Shown one piece after another: positions 1 through 9,496 of a stretch of DNA of 37,021 nucleotides (positions are counted from its first letter, which is position 1; every line of letters begins with the position of its first letter). The notes beneath the pieces were generated by a model that had not been told where the DNA came from, made no database searches, and saw only the letters and a program-made list of their open reading frames with translations. The position numbers and the translations under genes are program-made. The DNA is from Polyangiaceae bacterium. GTDB taxonomy: Bacteria > Myxococcota_A > Polyangia > Polyangiales > Polyangiaceae. Location: the NCBI GenBank assembly GCA_965222375.1, contig CBDCTZ010000007.1, forward strand, positions 1 to 37,021. The letters are read 5' to 3'.

Positions 1-357
1 GTAGGCCGGGGCGGTTGCGATGATCCTGATGATCGCCCCGCCGTCGACCGGCACCTCGGCGCCTGAGCCGTCGGCGGTGAGCGTGGTGACGTACTCGACC
101 CGATAGCCGACGGCGGTGCCGTCGAGGTCGACGACGAGCCGGTCGTGGCAGGGTTGCTGTCCGACGCGAACGCCGGTCGTGTGCGCCGTGGTGGCAGCGG
201 CGGCTGACTTCTGGAGCGAGCCCCAGGTGACGGCCGGACATGTTTCGGCCGAGGCGGGCGAGACGCTCACCAGCGCGGTCAGCGCCAGCACGAGGCTCGC
301 GATGAGTGAGATGCCGCCGAGGCGCCGGCGGCGCGTGCCCGTCGGCGAGTGGGTCAT
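1..357 (-). CDS. Secreted AMIN-like domain protein (partial, runs off window start)
   Basis: Own translation from ATG at 357: MTHSPTGTRRRRLGGISLIASLVLALTALVSVSPASA|ETCPAVTWGS...CHDRLVVDLDG...GYRVEYV; basic N-region, hydrophobic core and ASA cleavage motif; not in the ORF track. Confidence 0.7.
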   Translation of the reverse strand, partial: MTHSPTGTRRRRLGGISLIASLVLALTALVSVSPASAETCPAVTWGSLQKSAAAATTAHTTGVRVGQQPCHDRLVVDLDGTAVGYRVEYVTTLTADGSGAEVPVDGGAIIRIIATAPAY

Positions 358-547
358 GTCCTGATGACGGTTCGTGGTCGGGTTCATCGGTTGCTGCTTT
401 CCCTCTCTGGCCGGCCACTGATCGACCGGCTTCCACAACCACACGCCTGCGGTGGTGCGGAGCGTTTACCGGTTGGGGGAAACGACCCATCTCGGCGTCG
501 CTGGCGCCGACCTCGATCACGGTTGTAAGAAGGGCGGGTCAGCACCT

Positions 548-602
548 TCCGAAATTTGTGGGCTTTGCAGCGCTCACCGCTGCAAAGCCCACAAATTTCG
601 GA
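548..602. repeat. Perfect 25-bp inverted repeat with 5-nt loop (REP-like palindrome)
   Basis: tccgaaatttgtgggctttgcagcg-ctcac-cgctgcaaagcccacaaatttcgga, intergenic between divergent genes. Confidence 0.9.
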
Positions 603-651
603 GGGGTGGAAGCGGGTCGGCGAGGACCCGAATGCGTCGAGGATGGTTGTG

Positions 652-1038
652 ATGAGCGATACCGATGCCGTGGCCGAGATCGAGGCGCTGGAGGACCGAC
701 GCTGGGCTGCCCTCCTGACCTCCGACGTCGATGCGCTCGGCGAGCTCCTGGCCGACGAGATGCAGTACACCCACTCCAATGGGTTGGTGGACACCAAGGC
801 CTCGTACATCGAGGCGATCAGCAACGGTGGGTTCGACTACCGGAGCGAGGATCGGACCGACACGGCGGTCACGGTCATCGACGACACGGCGATGGTGACC
901 GGCCGGTGCGCCTTCACGGTGGTGGTCGCCGGCGGGAAGCGCACCGTCGATCTCGACTGCCGCTACAGCACGACGTGGGTCCGCCGGGACGGCGCCTGGC
1001 AGTTCCTCTGCTACCAGTCGACGCCCATCCCGGCGTAG
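652..1038 (+). CDS. Nuclear transport factor 2 (DUF4440-like) family protein
   Basis: IEALEDRRWAALLTSDVDALGELLADEMQYTHSNGLVDTKASYI...STTWVRRDGAWQ; start at 652 or 643. Confidence 0.85.
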   Translation: MSDTDAVAEIEALEDRRWAALLTSDVDALGELLADEMQYTHSNGLVDTKASYIEAISNGGFDYRSEDRTDTAVTVIDDTAMVTGRCAFTVVVAGGKRTVDLDCRYSTTWVRRDGAWQFLCYQSTPIPA

Positions 1039-1079
1039 GTGACCGGGGGTGCTCCGGCGACCCGTCGGCCAGATCCGGC

Positions 1080-2057
1080 TCAGTCGGGTCGGTCGGAGCT
1101 GGTGAAGAGGTCGGCGAGGAGGGTGACGGCCTCCCCCAGCCTCGTCGGGTCGTTGGCCAGGGTCGGAGCGAGCGCGATCTCGTCGACGCCGGTGCGCTCG
1201 AATGCCCGCAGCTTCTCGTGGCACTCGTCGGGCGTGCCGAACACCACGAACGATGACACCAGCTCCTCGGTCAGGTGGGGGCGAATGACGTCGTCGGAAG
1301 CCCCCAGCAGCGGCTCGACCACCTCCCACCAGCCGCTGCGACGCATCGACGACGACTCGTAACCTGCCCGGATCCGCTCGAGGACGAGGTTGCGGGCCGC
1401 CTCCGCCGCCACCTCAGGATCTCGGTGGACGCTCGTGTGGAGGTACAGGACTGTGGGGTACGGACCGTCTCGGGTGAGGATCGGCATGGCCCACTCGAGG
1501 TAGGACGGGGTCGAGAACGCCGAGAACACCACCCCACCGGCGTGCTCGCGGGCCAACGCCAGCATCTGAGGGCCCTCGGCGGCCAGCCACGTCGTGGCCT
1601 CCACGTCGGCCGGATACTCGAGGCGGGCGCCGCCGACCGAGTCGAGATCGTCGCGCCAGTCGATCTCGTCTCCGGCCAGGAGCCGGGCCAGCATCGTCAG
1701 CCGGTCCCGGATGGAGCCGATCGCCCGGTCCGGCATCCGCTCCGAGCCGAGCAGGGCTCGGGAGCTCCCTAGGCCCAGGCCGATCTCGAAGCGGCGCCCG
1801 TACATGCGGTGCAGCGTGGCGACCTCCATGGCAAGCGTCGTGGGATGCCGCAGGTACAGCGACGTGACCCCGAGCGCAACCGACAGGGTGGCGGTCGCCC
1901 CGAGAACGGCCCCGCACGAGGCGAACCCGGCCTTGCGGTAGTAGTCCTCGGTCAACCAGAGCCGACGGCATCCCACGTCCTCGGCCAGACGGGCCAGGCC
2001 GATCGTCTCCTCCGGCGGAACCCGGCTGCTGAGCATGAGCGTGATGGGCGTGCCCAC
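1080..2057 (-). CDS. LLM-class (luciferase-like) flavin-dependent oxidoreductase
   Basis: LARLAEDVG..LWLTED, RHPTTLAMEVATL, GRRFEIGLGLG, VFGTPDEC; GTG start with AGGGGG RBS. Confidence 0.88.
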   Translation of the reverse strand: MGTPITLMLSSRVPPEETIGLARLAEDVGCRRLWLTEDYYRKAGFASCGAVLGATATLSVALGVTSLYLRHPTTLAMEVATLHRMYGRRFEIGLGLGSSRALLGSERMPDRAIGSIRDRLTMLARLLAGDEIDWRDDLDSVGGARLEYPADVEATTWLAAEGPQMLALAREHAGGVVFSAFSTPSYLEWAMPILTRDGPYPTVLYLHTSVHRDPEVAAEAARNLVLERIRAGYESSSMRRSGWWEVVEPLLGASDDVIRPHLTEELVSSFVVFGTPDECHEKLRAFERTGVDEIALAPTLANDPTRLGEAVTLLADLFTSSDRPD

Positions 2058-2184
2058 GGTCGATCCCCCTCGGCGATTGTCGGCTGGGCTCGGCGCAACT
2101 CGCGGCCCGACGAGCCGGCCCAGCCTAGATGGTCGGTTGGCAGGGCCTGGCGAGGGGTGGGCGCCACCGCCCATTGGTCGCGAT

Positions 2185-2361
2185 TTGCACCGACACCGAG
2201 CACAGAATCTGCCAGAGGCGGACGGCCGGCGAGCGCCACCTGCGCATTGGAAGCACCTTGCACCGACAGCGGACACAGAATCTGCCAGAGGCGGACGGCC
2301 GGCGAGCGCCACCTGCGCATTGGAAGCACCTTGCACCGACAGCGGACACAGAATCTGCCAG
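2185..2361. repeat. 73-bp tandem repeat, ~2.4 copies
   Basis: Units start at 2185, 2258, 2331 (ttgcaccgaca...cacagaatctgccag...). Confidence 0.92.
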
Positions 2362-2421
2362 CGACAGACGAGGGTCGGAGCACCTTGAGGGGTCGCTCGG
2401 GGCGCACCTAGTCTTCAGCGG

Positions 2422-3288
2422 GTGAAGCCGGCGCCGTTCAACTACCACCGCCCGGGAACGGTCGACGAGGCGTTGGCGATGCGGGCGGCGGCGGGCGACG
2501 GGGCGAGGTTCCTGGCCGGCGGGCAGAGCCTGGTGCCGATGATGTCGCTCCGGCTGGCGGCACCGACCGACCTGGTCGACCTCAACGCGATCAGCCAGCT
2601 GTCGGGGATCTCGCACTCGGCGACCCACGTCGAGGTCGGCGCCATGACCCGCCAGGAAGACCTCGTTGCCGACGAGCTGCTACGAGATCAGATCCCCATC
2701 CTGCAGACCGTCGTCGACAGCGTCGGGCATCCCGGGACCCGTACCCGGGGCACCCTCGGCGGCAGCTTGTGCCATGCCGACCCGGCAGCGGAGCTGCCGG
2801 CCCTCGTGCTGGCCGTCGACGCCGAGCTCGTTCTGAGGGCGGCGGGCGGGAGGGAGCGACGCGTCGCGGCCGAGGACTTCTTCGACGGCTACTATGAGAC
2901 GACGATCCGTCCCGAGGAGCTACTGACCGAGGTTCGGATTCCTGTGGCCCAGTCTCGACGGATGGGCTTCCACGAGATCGCCATGCGAAGCGCCGACTTC
3001 GCCGTCGCCGGCGCCATCGTGAGCGCACGGCTCGACCCGGACGGGGTCGTCGACTCGATTCGGGTCGTCGCCTTCGCCCTCGGGGACCGCCCGCAACGGC
3101 TGCGTGACGTCGAGGTCGCAGCGGTGACGGCTGCTGGCGATACCAGCGCCCTCGCTCGGGCCGCCCAGCTGACCGAGCAGCTCGTCGATCCGATCGGGGA
3201 GCCCCAGCTGTCGGCGGCCTATCGCCGTCAGCTCGGCGTCGTCGCCGTCCGCCGAGCCCTCGAGGAAGCACTGGGGGCCGGGCCATGA
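2422..3288 (+). CDS. Xanthine dehydrogenase/CoxM-family FAD-binding subunit
   Basis: MKPAPFNYHRP, FLAGGQSLVPMM, RGTLGGSLCHADPAAELP motifs. Confidence 0.93.
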   Translation: MKPAPFNYHRPGTVDEALAMRAAAGDGARFLAGGQSLVPMMSLRLAAPTDLVDLNAISQLSGISHSATHVEVGAMTRQEDLVADELLRDQIPILQTVVDSVGHPGTRTRGTLGGSLCHADPAAELPALVLAVDAELVLRAAGGRERRVAAEDFFDGYYETTIRPEELLTEVRIPVAQSRRMGFHEIAMRSADFAVAGAIVSARLDPDGVVDSIRVVAFALGDRPQRLRDVEVAAVTAAGDTSALARAAQLTEQLVDPIGEPQLSAAYRRQLGVVAVRRALEEALGAGP

Positions 3289-6242
3289 CCGGCATCGAGA
3301 CGCACCGGGTGGCGCTCTCGGTCAACGGCCGCCGAGTCGAAGCGACCGTCGAGCCTCGCAACACCCTCGCTGATGTCCTGCGGGACCGGTGTGGCCTGAC
3401 CGGAGTCAAGCTCGGCTGCGAGCAGGGCTCGTGCGGCGCCTGCACCGTCGTCCACGACGGGCGTCAGATCCGGTCCTGCCTGCTGTTCGCCGTTCAGGCG
3501 GCCGACGCCGACGTGTGGACGATCGAGGGTCTGAGTCGACCGGACGACCAGCGGGCAGCCGACGGACCGCTCCCCGAGCTGCCCGAACTGGCCGGAGCGT
3601 TGAAGCAGAATCACGGTTTGCAGTGTGGGTTCTGCACGCCGGGGATGCTGATCGCGGGTACGGCACTGGGCCAGGCGGCCGACGGCGACCTCGGCGAGCG
3701 GGAGATCCGGGAGGGGCTGTCCGGCAACATCTGCCGCTGCACGGGCTACCAGGGCATCGTGCAGTCCATTGCCGAGACGGTCGGCCGAGTCGGCGTTGCG
3801 GGCGAGCAGCGGGTGGCGGGCAGCCGGCGGGGTGAGACCGACCACGACCATGACCCGGAGCACGAGCACCGGCATCTCGCCTCGGTGCTCCGGGTCGAAG
3901 ACGACGGGCTGCTCGACGGCTCGCGCCTGTTCATCGACGACCTGGAGCCACGCGGAACACTGCATCTGGCCATGGTGCGCAGCACCGTCGCCCACGGGAG
4001 GATCCGCTCGCTCGACACGGCCGGGGCCGGCGCCATGCCCGGGGTGCACGCCGTACTGACCGGCGACGACCTGGCCGCCCACACGACACCCACTCCGATC
4101 GGCTGGGAGCACATTCCCGGCCAACGCCAGACCGGCAGCCTGGCGATGGCCACGGACAAGGTCCGCTACGTCGGCCACATCGTCGCCGCAGTGGTCGCCG
4201 ACTCCCGGGCCCGAGCCGAGGACGCAGCCGAGATGGTCGAGGTCGACTACGACGAGCTGCCGGCCGTGATGGACGTCGACGCCGCACGACACGACGACGC
4301 GCCCCTCCTCCACGAGACCTGGCCCGACAACGTCCTCGCGGTCGACGAGCACAGCTCGGGGCAGGGTCGGGCTGCGCTCCAGGCCGCAGCCACCGTCGTC
4401 GAGGTCGACCTGGCTATCGGGCGGGCGTTCGGGTGCCCGCTGGAGACCCGAGGCGTGATCGCCGACTGGAGCCTGGCAGCGGCCGACAACGGCGCTCGGT
4501 CCGGTTCGGTCGGGCGGCTGGTCGTCGACATCAACTCCCAGTCGCCGAATCGGGTGCGGGAGATGCTGGCCCAGGTGCTGGGGGTGAGCGTTTCCGATGT
4601 GCTGATCCGGGTTCCCGCCATCGGTGGCGGGTTCGGTTCGAAGGCCAACTACTACGGCGAGGAGATCATCGCCTGCGTGGCGTCCAAGCTCAGCGGCCAC
4701 CCGGTCAAGTACATCGAGGACCGCTACGAGAGCTTCGTCGCCACCTCCCATGCCCGGCAGGCCGACATGTCGGTCTCGATCGGGGCCGACGACGATGGGA
4801 CGATCGTCGCCTACCGCAACGACCTGGTCGGCACGCTCGGCGGTGAGGTCAGCAGTGTGGGGATGGGGCCGGTGTGGGTGTCGACCCGGGCCGGGATCGG
4901 CTCCTACGTGGTGCCGAACGCCGACATCACCACCACCGGTGTCATGACCAACCGCACACCGTTCGGGTCGTTCCGGGGTTGGGGCAGCCCGATCGCCAAC
5001 TTCGGGATCGAGCGGGCCATGGACGCCCTCGCCGACGAGCTCGGGGTCGACCCGGTGGAGCTCCGGTTGCAGAACATGGTGCAGCCCGACCAGATGCCGT
5101 TCGCGAACGGGTTGGGATGGCGGCTCGACAGCGGCGATTACCCGGCGGCCCTCCGCCGGGCCCGGGCGTCGATCACGAGCGCCGGTTGGTACGACGAGGC
5201 GGCTTCAGCCCGGGCCGAGGGCCGCATCGTGGGGGTCGGGTTGGCGAGCTTCATCGAAGCCACCGGTGTCGGCAACAGCCGCAAGATGGGCGCCCTGCCG
5301 ATGGAGCAGGGCGGCTTCGACGAGGCCGTCGTCCGCATGGACTCGACCGGCACCGTGCAGGTGTTCACCGGGCAAACCGCGATGGGCCAGGGCATCGAGA
5401 CCACGCTCGCTCAGATCTGCGCCGACGAGCTCGGCGCTGCGGTGAGCGACGTGCGGGTGCTGTTCGGCGACACCGACAGCTGCCCGTACACCGGCTATGG
5501 AACCGGGGGGTGCCGGAGCGCACCGGTCGCCGGTTCGTCGGTGCTGCTGGCGAGCCGCGACCTCAGAGCCCAGGTGCTGGACATGGCCTCCTCGCTGCTC
5601 GAGGTACCGGTGGCCGAGCTGACCGTCGGCGAGAGCATCGTGTCGGGGCCTTCCGGTGCGGGGGTCGGGTTCGCGGAGATCGGCCGGGCGGCATACCGCA
5701 AGCTGAACCACCTTCCCAACCATCACAGCCCCACGTTGCACGCTCGCGCGGTCTGGGATCCGGTGGATCGAACGATCGGCTACGGCAGTGTGGCGGTGAT
5801 GGTGGAGGTCGATGCCGACACCGGCATCACCTCGGTCCTGCGCTACCACGCCGTCGACGACTGCGGTCGGGTGATCAACCCCGCCATCGTCGACGGGCAG
5901 ATCATGGGGGCGTTCGTCCAGGTGCTCGGCTCGAGCCTCATGGAGGAGCTCCGCTACGACGCCGACGGGAACCCGGTCACCACCACGTTCCGCGACTACC
6001 TGGTGCCGCTGGCCGGAGACGTTCCGCCGATGACCGTCGAGCACCTGGAAACCCTCCCGCTCGATGTGCCGTCGGGCTCCAAGGGCGTCGGCGAGGCCGG
6101 CACGATCGCCGCAATGTCGGCCATCGCCCAGGCGGTCGAGGACGCGGTGGGCGGCGGGTACGGCTGGGTCCGTTCAATCCCCGTCGATCCGGAGGATCTC
6201 CTGGGCCGCATCTCCGCTTCCCACTCCCCCGACGAGTCCTGA
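3285..6242 (+). CDS. Fused 2Fe-2S (CoxS-like) + molybdopterin-binding (CoxL-like) subunit
   Basis: GCEQGSCGACTV, QCGFCTPG, GNICRCTGY followed by IGGGFGSK, FRGWG, MGQGIET, KGVGEAG; ATGA overlap with upstream gene. Confidence 0.93.
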   Translation: MTGIETHRVALSVNGRRVEATVEPRNTLADVLRDRCGLTGVKLGCEQGSCGACTVVHDGRQIRSCLLFAVQAADADVWTIEGLSRPDDQRAADGPLPELPELAGALKQNHGLQCGFCTPGMLIAGTALGQAADGDLGEREIREGLSGNICRCTGYQGIVQSIAETVGRVGVAGEQRVAGSRRGETDHDHDPEHEHRHLASVLRVEDDGLLDGSRLFIDDLEPRGTLHLAMVRSTVAHGRIRSLDTAGAGAMPGVHAVLTGDDLAAHTTPTPIGWEHIPGQRQTGSLAMATDKVRYVGHIVAAVVADSRARAEDAAEMVEVDYDELPAVMDVDAARHDDAPLLHETWPDNVLAVDEHSSGQGRAALQAAATVVEVDLAIGRAFGCPLETRGVIADWSLAAADNGARSGSVGRLVVDINSQSPNRVREMLAQVLGVSVSDVLIRVPAIGGGFGSKANYYGEEIIACVASKLSGHPVKYIEDRYESFVATSHARQADMSVSIGADDDGTIVAYRNDLVGTLGGEVSSVGMGPVWVSTRAGIGSYVVPNADITTTGVMTNRTPFGSFRGWGSPIANFGIERAMDALADELGVDPVELRLQNMVQPDQMPFANGLGWRLDSGDYPAALRRARASITSAGWYDEAASARAEGRIVGVGLASFIEATGVGNSRKMGALPMEQGGFDEAVVRMDSTGTVQVFTGQTAMGQGIETTLAQICADELGAAVSDVRVLFGDTDSCPYTGYGTGGCRSAPVAGSSVLLASRDLRAQVLDMASSLLEVPVAELTVGESIVSGPSGAGVGFAEIGRAAYRKLNHLPNHHSPTLHARAVWDPVDRTIGYGSVAVMVEVDADTGITSVLRYHAVDDCGRVINPAIVDGQIMGAFVQVLGSSLMEELRYDADGNPVTTTFRDYLVPLAGDVPPMTVEHLETLPLDVPSGSKGVGEAGTIAAMSAIAQAVEDAVGGGYGWVRSIPVDPEDLLGRISASHSPDES

Positions 6243-6251
6243 CCCCGAAGG

Positions 6252-6914
6252 ATGGCAGCAGTGCAGCAACCGACGATCACGTCCATGGACCGCGACACCC
6301 GCGAGGTCCTTCGCCTCCACCAGCAGTGGTGGAAGGCCAACGTGGGACTCGACATGGAAGCCATGCGGGCCTGCTTTCCCTCCGGCAACGCCTTCTCGAT
6401 GTTCAACCGCAACGGGTTCACGTACTTCGGGGTCGACGAGCTGACCAAGCTTTGGGAGCACTACGCCCAGGGTCCGCCCCGGCTCATCCAGACGGTGGCC
6501 ATCCTGCGGTTGGAGGTGAGCAGCGACATCGCGTGGTTGATCTGCGAGCTGCAGTACCGCCGGGTGTCACCCGTGACGTCGGACGACCACTGGGAGCCGG
6601 CCAACACCGAGCAGGTCTTCGGCAGCAAGGCCACCGAGATCTACCACCGCGACGACGGCGACGGCCGACCCGAGTGGCGGATGTGGCACTTCCACTCCGG
6701 CGCCCTCCACCCGCCGGATGAGAACCGCCCCGCCTTCGACGACGCCGACCAGACGAGCCAGCTCGGCTACAACCCCTACGGCCCGCCGCTCACCTACACC
6801 TACACCCTCGAAGGCCGGGCGGGCCAGGCCTCGCTCCACGAGGGCATCCCCTCCCCCGGGCCGGTCTCAGACTCCGAGCCTGGCTCGAGCTCGGGCTCGG
6901 GCGACACCGACTGA
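6252..6914 (+). CDS. SnoaL/NTF2-fold protein
   Basis: VLRLHQQWWKAN...SDIAWLICEL...KATEIYHR...WRMWHFHSG pattern; 9 bp after upstream stop. Confidence 0.7.
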   Translation: MAAVQQPTITSMDRDTREVLRLHQQWWKANVGLDMEAMRACFPSGNAFSMFNRNGFTYFGVDELTKLWEHYAQGPPRLIQTVAILRLEVSSDIAWLICELQYRRVSPVTSDDHWEPANTEQVFGSKATEIYHRDDGDGRPEWRMWHFHSGALHPPDENRPAFDDADQTSQLGYNPYGPPLTYTYTLEGRAGQASLHEGIPSPGPVSDSEPGSSSGSGDTD

Positions 6915-7091
6915 CGCCGCTGGGCTCCTCAGCCGAGCCGAGCACCTACCGGCGGACCCGACGCCCACCCGAGCACCTACTGGCGGACCCAGGTCCCGGG
7001 GCCGGTAGCGACCTCCGCCAGTAGCGCGTCGGCGGGCCGCAGGCGATCGCAGAGGTGACGATCCCTGGTCAGCGCTGGCGCCCCCGACATT

Positions 7092-7135
7092 GCGCCCCCG
7101 ACAGGATTCGAACCTGCGGCCTAGTCATTAGAAGT
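7092..7135 (-). repeat. att site: displaced 3' half of tRNA-Arg(TCT)
   Basis: 44 bp matching 34233-34276 with one mismatch (a7123 vs c34264); match ends at the anticodon loop. Confidence 0.95.
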
Positions 7136-7239
7136 CCGATCCCGATCGTCGTGGCCACTCGGTGCAGTGAGCTGAGCTGCGGAAACTGGCTGCGGGCGAT
7201 CCACTGGGTGCCTGCGGATCACCCTAGGTGACCCTGAAA

Positions 7240-7259
7240 ATGTTGGAACGGATGTTGGA
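7240..7259. promoter_or_regulatory. Putative integrase arm-type sites (ATGTTGGA x2)
   Basis: ATGTTGGA at 7240 and 7252; same doublet at 34152/34163 and degenerate at 22870/22881. Confidence 0.65.
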
Positions 7260-7546
7260 TCTACCGGCCGAGCAGGGAGGGGCTTCGGATCCACAAGGGA
7301 TGACACTGGTTCGCCTTGATCCTGTCGGATCAGCAGATCCCCATCGGGGGCAACGTCACGCCTCGTCGGCCACAGCAGCTCCACCGCCACGGAAGCGGTC
7401 TAACAACATTCAGACACGACCAGTGCTCCTGAGTAGATCTTTGGTGATCGAGATCGATCTACTCGTGTGACGAACAGCGCTGTGTCCGTTTCCGGTTCTG
7501 CTACTCTCACCGAGAGCGATGAAACAGGAAACGAGACTGACGTCCC

Positions 7547-8188
7547 ATGGCACAAGAACAGCACGTCCCGATCATCCACCAAGGCCTAGCCGCCGAGCGA
7601 CGCACCCAAGGGCTAGGCGTTCCCGGTACGTGGCTGCTCAACGAAGCGGCGCTCGTGGGTGCGGCCGGTGCCCGGAACACGACTCGCCTGCACCCGAATG
7701 GCACTCGCGGGATGCGCATGTGGTCTGACATGGTCGCCCACCTTCGACTACGACTCCTCCAGCATGGTTGGGACATCGACGACATCTACAACATCCCGGT
7801 AGCCATCAACCGTGAGCTGGCGCCTCTCGCCATGATCGTTGTCGCACCGGGAGACGAGCACACCGGGACCCTCGAGCCGCCTCAGGGTCCTGGCCTCAGA
7901 TACGTCAAGCGCGAGTTCTCTTCCAAGTTCTACAACCGCGAACTTGAGGATCTGTGGACGCGCAGCAAAGGTTTGGACGGCTACGAGGTCTGGATGATCG
8001 TCCAATCTCTGATGCCGAACTCGATCCGGCTCGAGCTGTCGCGACCGGATAGGTTCGAGAATGGACGCGTCCGAGCGTGGAGCGAGCGAATTCTGCTCCC
8101 CGAGCTTGATCTCGGAGCACCCGAACCCGAGAAGGCCAATCGCCCTGATCTGCCCGACATCGATTTCGACGTCGCCCTCCGTGAATAG
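7547..8188 (+). CDS. Hypothetical protein, putative toxin partner of XRE-ImmA/IrrE protein
   Basis: 213 aa; stop overlaps GTG start of downstream peptidase gene; C-terminal LELSRP...WSERILLP..DIDFDV. Confidence 0.7.
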   Translation: MAQEQHVPIIHQGLAAERRTQGLGVPGTWLLNEAALVGAAGARNTTRLHPNGTRGMRMWSDMVAHLRLRLLQHGWDIDDIYNIPVAINRELAPLAMIVVAPGDEHTGTLEPPQGPGLRYVKREFSSKFYNRELEDLWTRSKGLDGYEVWMIVQSLMPNSIRLELSRPDRFENGRVRAWSERILLPELDLGAPEPEKANRPDLPDIDFDVALRE

Positions 8189-9281
8189 CGAATTCCAACC
8201 AGGACGGCTGACGATCGCCCGCCGCCGGCAGAACTACTCGAAAGTGGCCCTGGGGACGGAGCTTCGGATGAGTTCACGCCAGATCGCCAACTATGAGACT
8301 GGGGCGAACGTCCCGCCAACGCCCGTACTTGAGGACATCGCTGCCAAGCTCAAGGTGACCCCTTCGTACTTCTTCCGCCCACTCCACATCTGGCTCTCAC
8401 CCGACAACGTCTCGTTCAGGTCCTTCAGCAGGCTGTCGGCAAAGGCGCGCGACAGCGCGTTGGCAAACGCTACCACCGCCATTGAAATAGCCGAGTACTT
8501 CGACGCGAAACTGAGACTGCCGCCCCTGGACCTCCCTGACCTACGAGGCCTCGACCCGGCCGCAGCTGCGTACGCGCTGCGTTCCGAGTGGGGCCTCGGT
8601 CTCGACCCACTGCCCAACCTCATTCGTCTGCTCGAACTCCATGGAGTGCGGGTCTTCTCTCTGGTCCATGAGTTCTCGGCCCTCGACGCCATCTCGACGT
8701 GGAACGCCGGTACCCCGTACGTATTTCTAGCCAGACACAAGAGTCCAGAGCGAGCACGGTGGGATGCGGCTCACGAACTCGGCCACCTCATACTTCATCT
8801 AGAGACTGCACCCCAGGGCAAAGTTCAGGAAAACCAGGCCGACGAGTTCGCGCGAGAGTTCCTGATGCCAGCAGAAGGCGTCGCCGCCCGAGGACTTGGG
8901 CTGCTAGTAACACTAGATGTCATCCGATCTGAGAAACTCTGGTGGAACGTGTCGGCGATGGCCATGATCCGGCAAGTGAAGGACGTACTTCCGCTCACCG
9001 ACTGGCAGTATCGATCCCTGGTCGTCGAAGCGACCAAGGCGGGTTACCGAAGCCGCGAGGGCGACATCGACCGCGAGACCAGTCTGCTGATTCCCAAGGC
9101 GTTGGCGACTCTCGCCCAGAACGGCGTCGGGCTCGATCAGATCGCAACTCATCTTGCGGTCGATCGTGCCGAACTCGACGGACTCTTGTTCTCGCCGGTG
9201 GTGGGGGTTGCCTCCGGTGAAGCAAGCAGCCCACCTCGACGTGGGCATCTCCGTGTCGTGGGTGACAACTCGCCACACTGA
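8181..9281 (+). CDS. XRE-family HTH fused to ImmA/IrrE-family Zn metallopeptidase
   Basis: N-terminal HTH (RLTIARRRQ...SSRQIANYETG), SFRS linker, RWDAAHELGHLILH, ENQADEFAREFLMP, WNVSAMAM; GTG start inferred at 8181. Confidence 0.9.
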   Translation: MNSEFQPGRLTIARRRQNYSKVALGTELRMSSRQIANYETGANVPPTPVLEDIAAKLKVTPSYFFRPLHIWLSPDNVSFRSFSRLSAKARDSALANATTAIEIAEYFDAKLRLPPLDLPDLRGLDPAAAAYALRSEWGLGLDPLPNLIRLLELHGVRVFSLVHEFSALDAISTWNAGTPYVFLARHKSPERARWDAAHELGHLILHLETAPQGKVQENQADEFAREFLMPAEGVAARGLGLLVTLDVIRSEKLWWNVSAMAMIRQVKDVLPLTDWQYRSLVVEATKAGYRSREGDIDRETSLLIPKALATLAQNGVGLDQIATHLAVDRAELDGLLFSPVVGVASGEASSPPRRGHLRVVGDNSPH

Positions 9282-9496
9282 CCACCGGATCGCTCTCCCG
9301 CTCGCCATGGCCGCTCGAGTACCCCAGGACCTCTGCGAACGAAGCTGCCTGCTACTTGACAGCGTTGTCGACCGAGCAGGAACATCTCCGATGTCGAGCC
9401 GCGAGCTTGCACATTTTGCCGAGGCGGCCTCTCCGACGCAGACAGCGGGCTCATGAGACTACTTACCTTCGGCCCGTGGGGTAGGTTGGCCCTCGT

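Noticed and set aside
2185..2361. Mini CRISPR array
   Set aside because: The intervening segments are identical, so it is a plain tandem repeat
2422..6242. Aerobic CO dehydrogenase (coxMSL)
   Set aside because: Lacks the AYxCSFR motif; no gene symbol assigned
4874..6721. Long alternative-frame ORFs (615 aa here; also 3228-4751, 30830-31957, 32038-32985, 34131-35210)
   Set aside because: Shadow ORFs of high-GC genes, overlapping well-supported CDSs and lacking motifs
6938..7024. Short direct/inverted repeats (ccgagcacctac-y-ggcggaccc x2)
   Set aside because: Real but short and GC-rich; no evidence for a specific function
7092..7135. Second tRNA-Arg gene
   Set aside because: Only the 3' half is present; no D-arm or 5' acceptor strand
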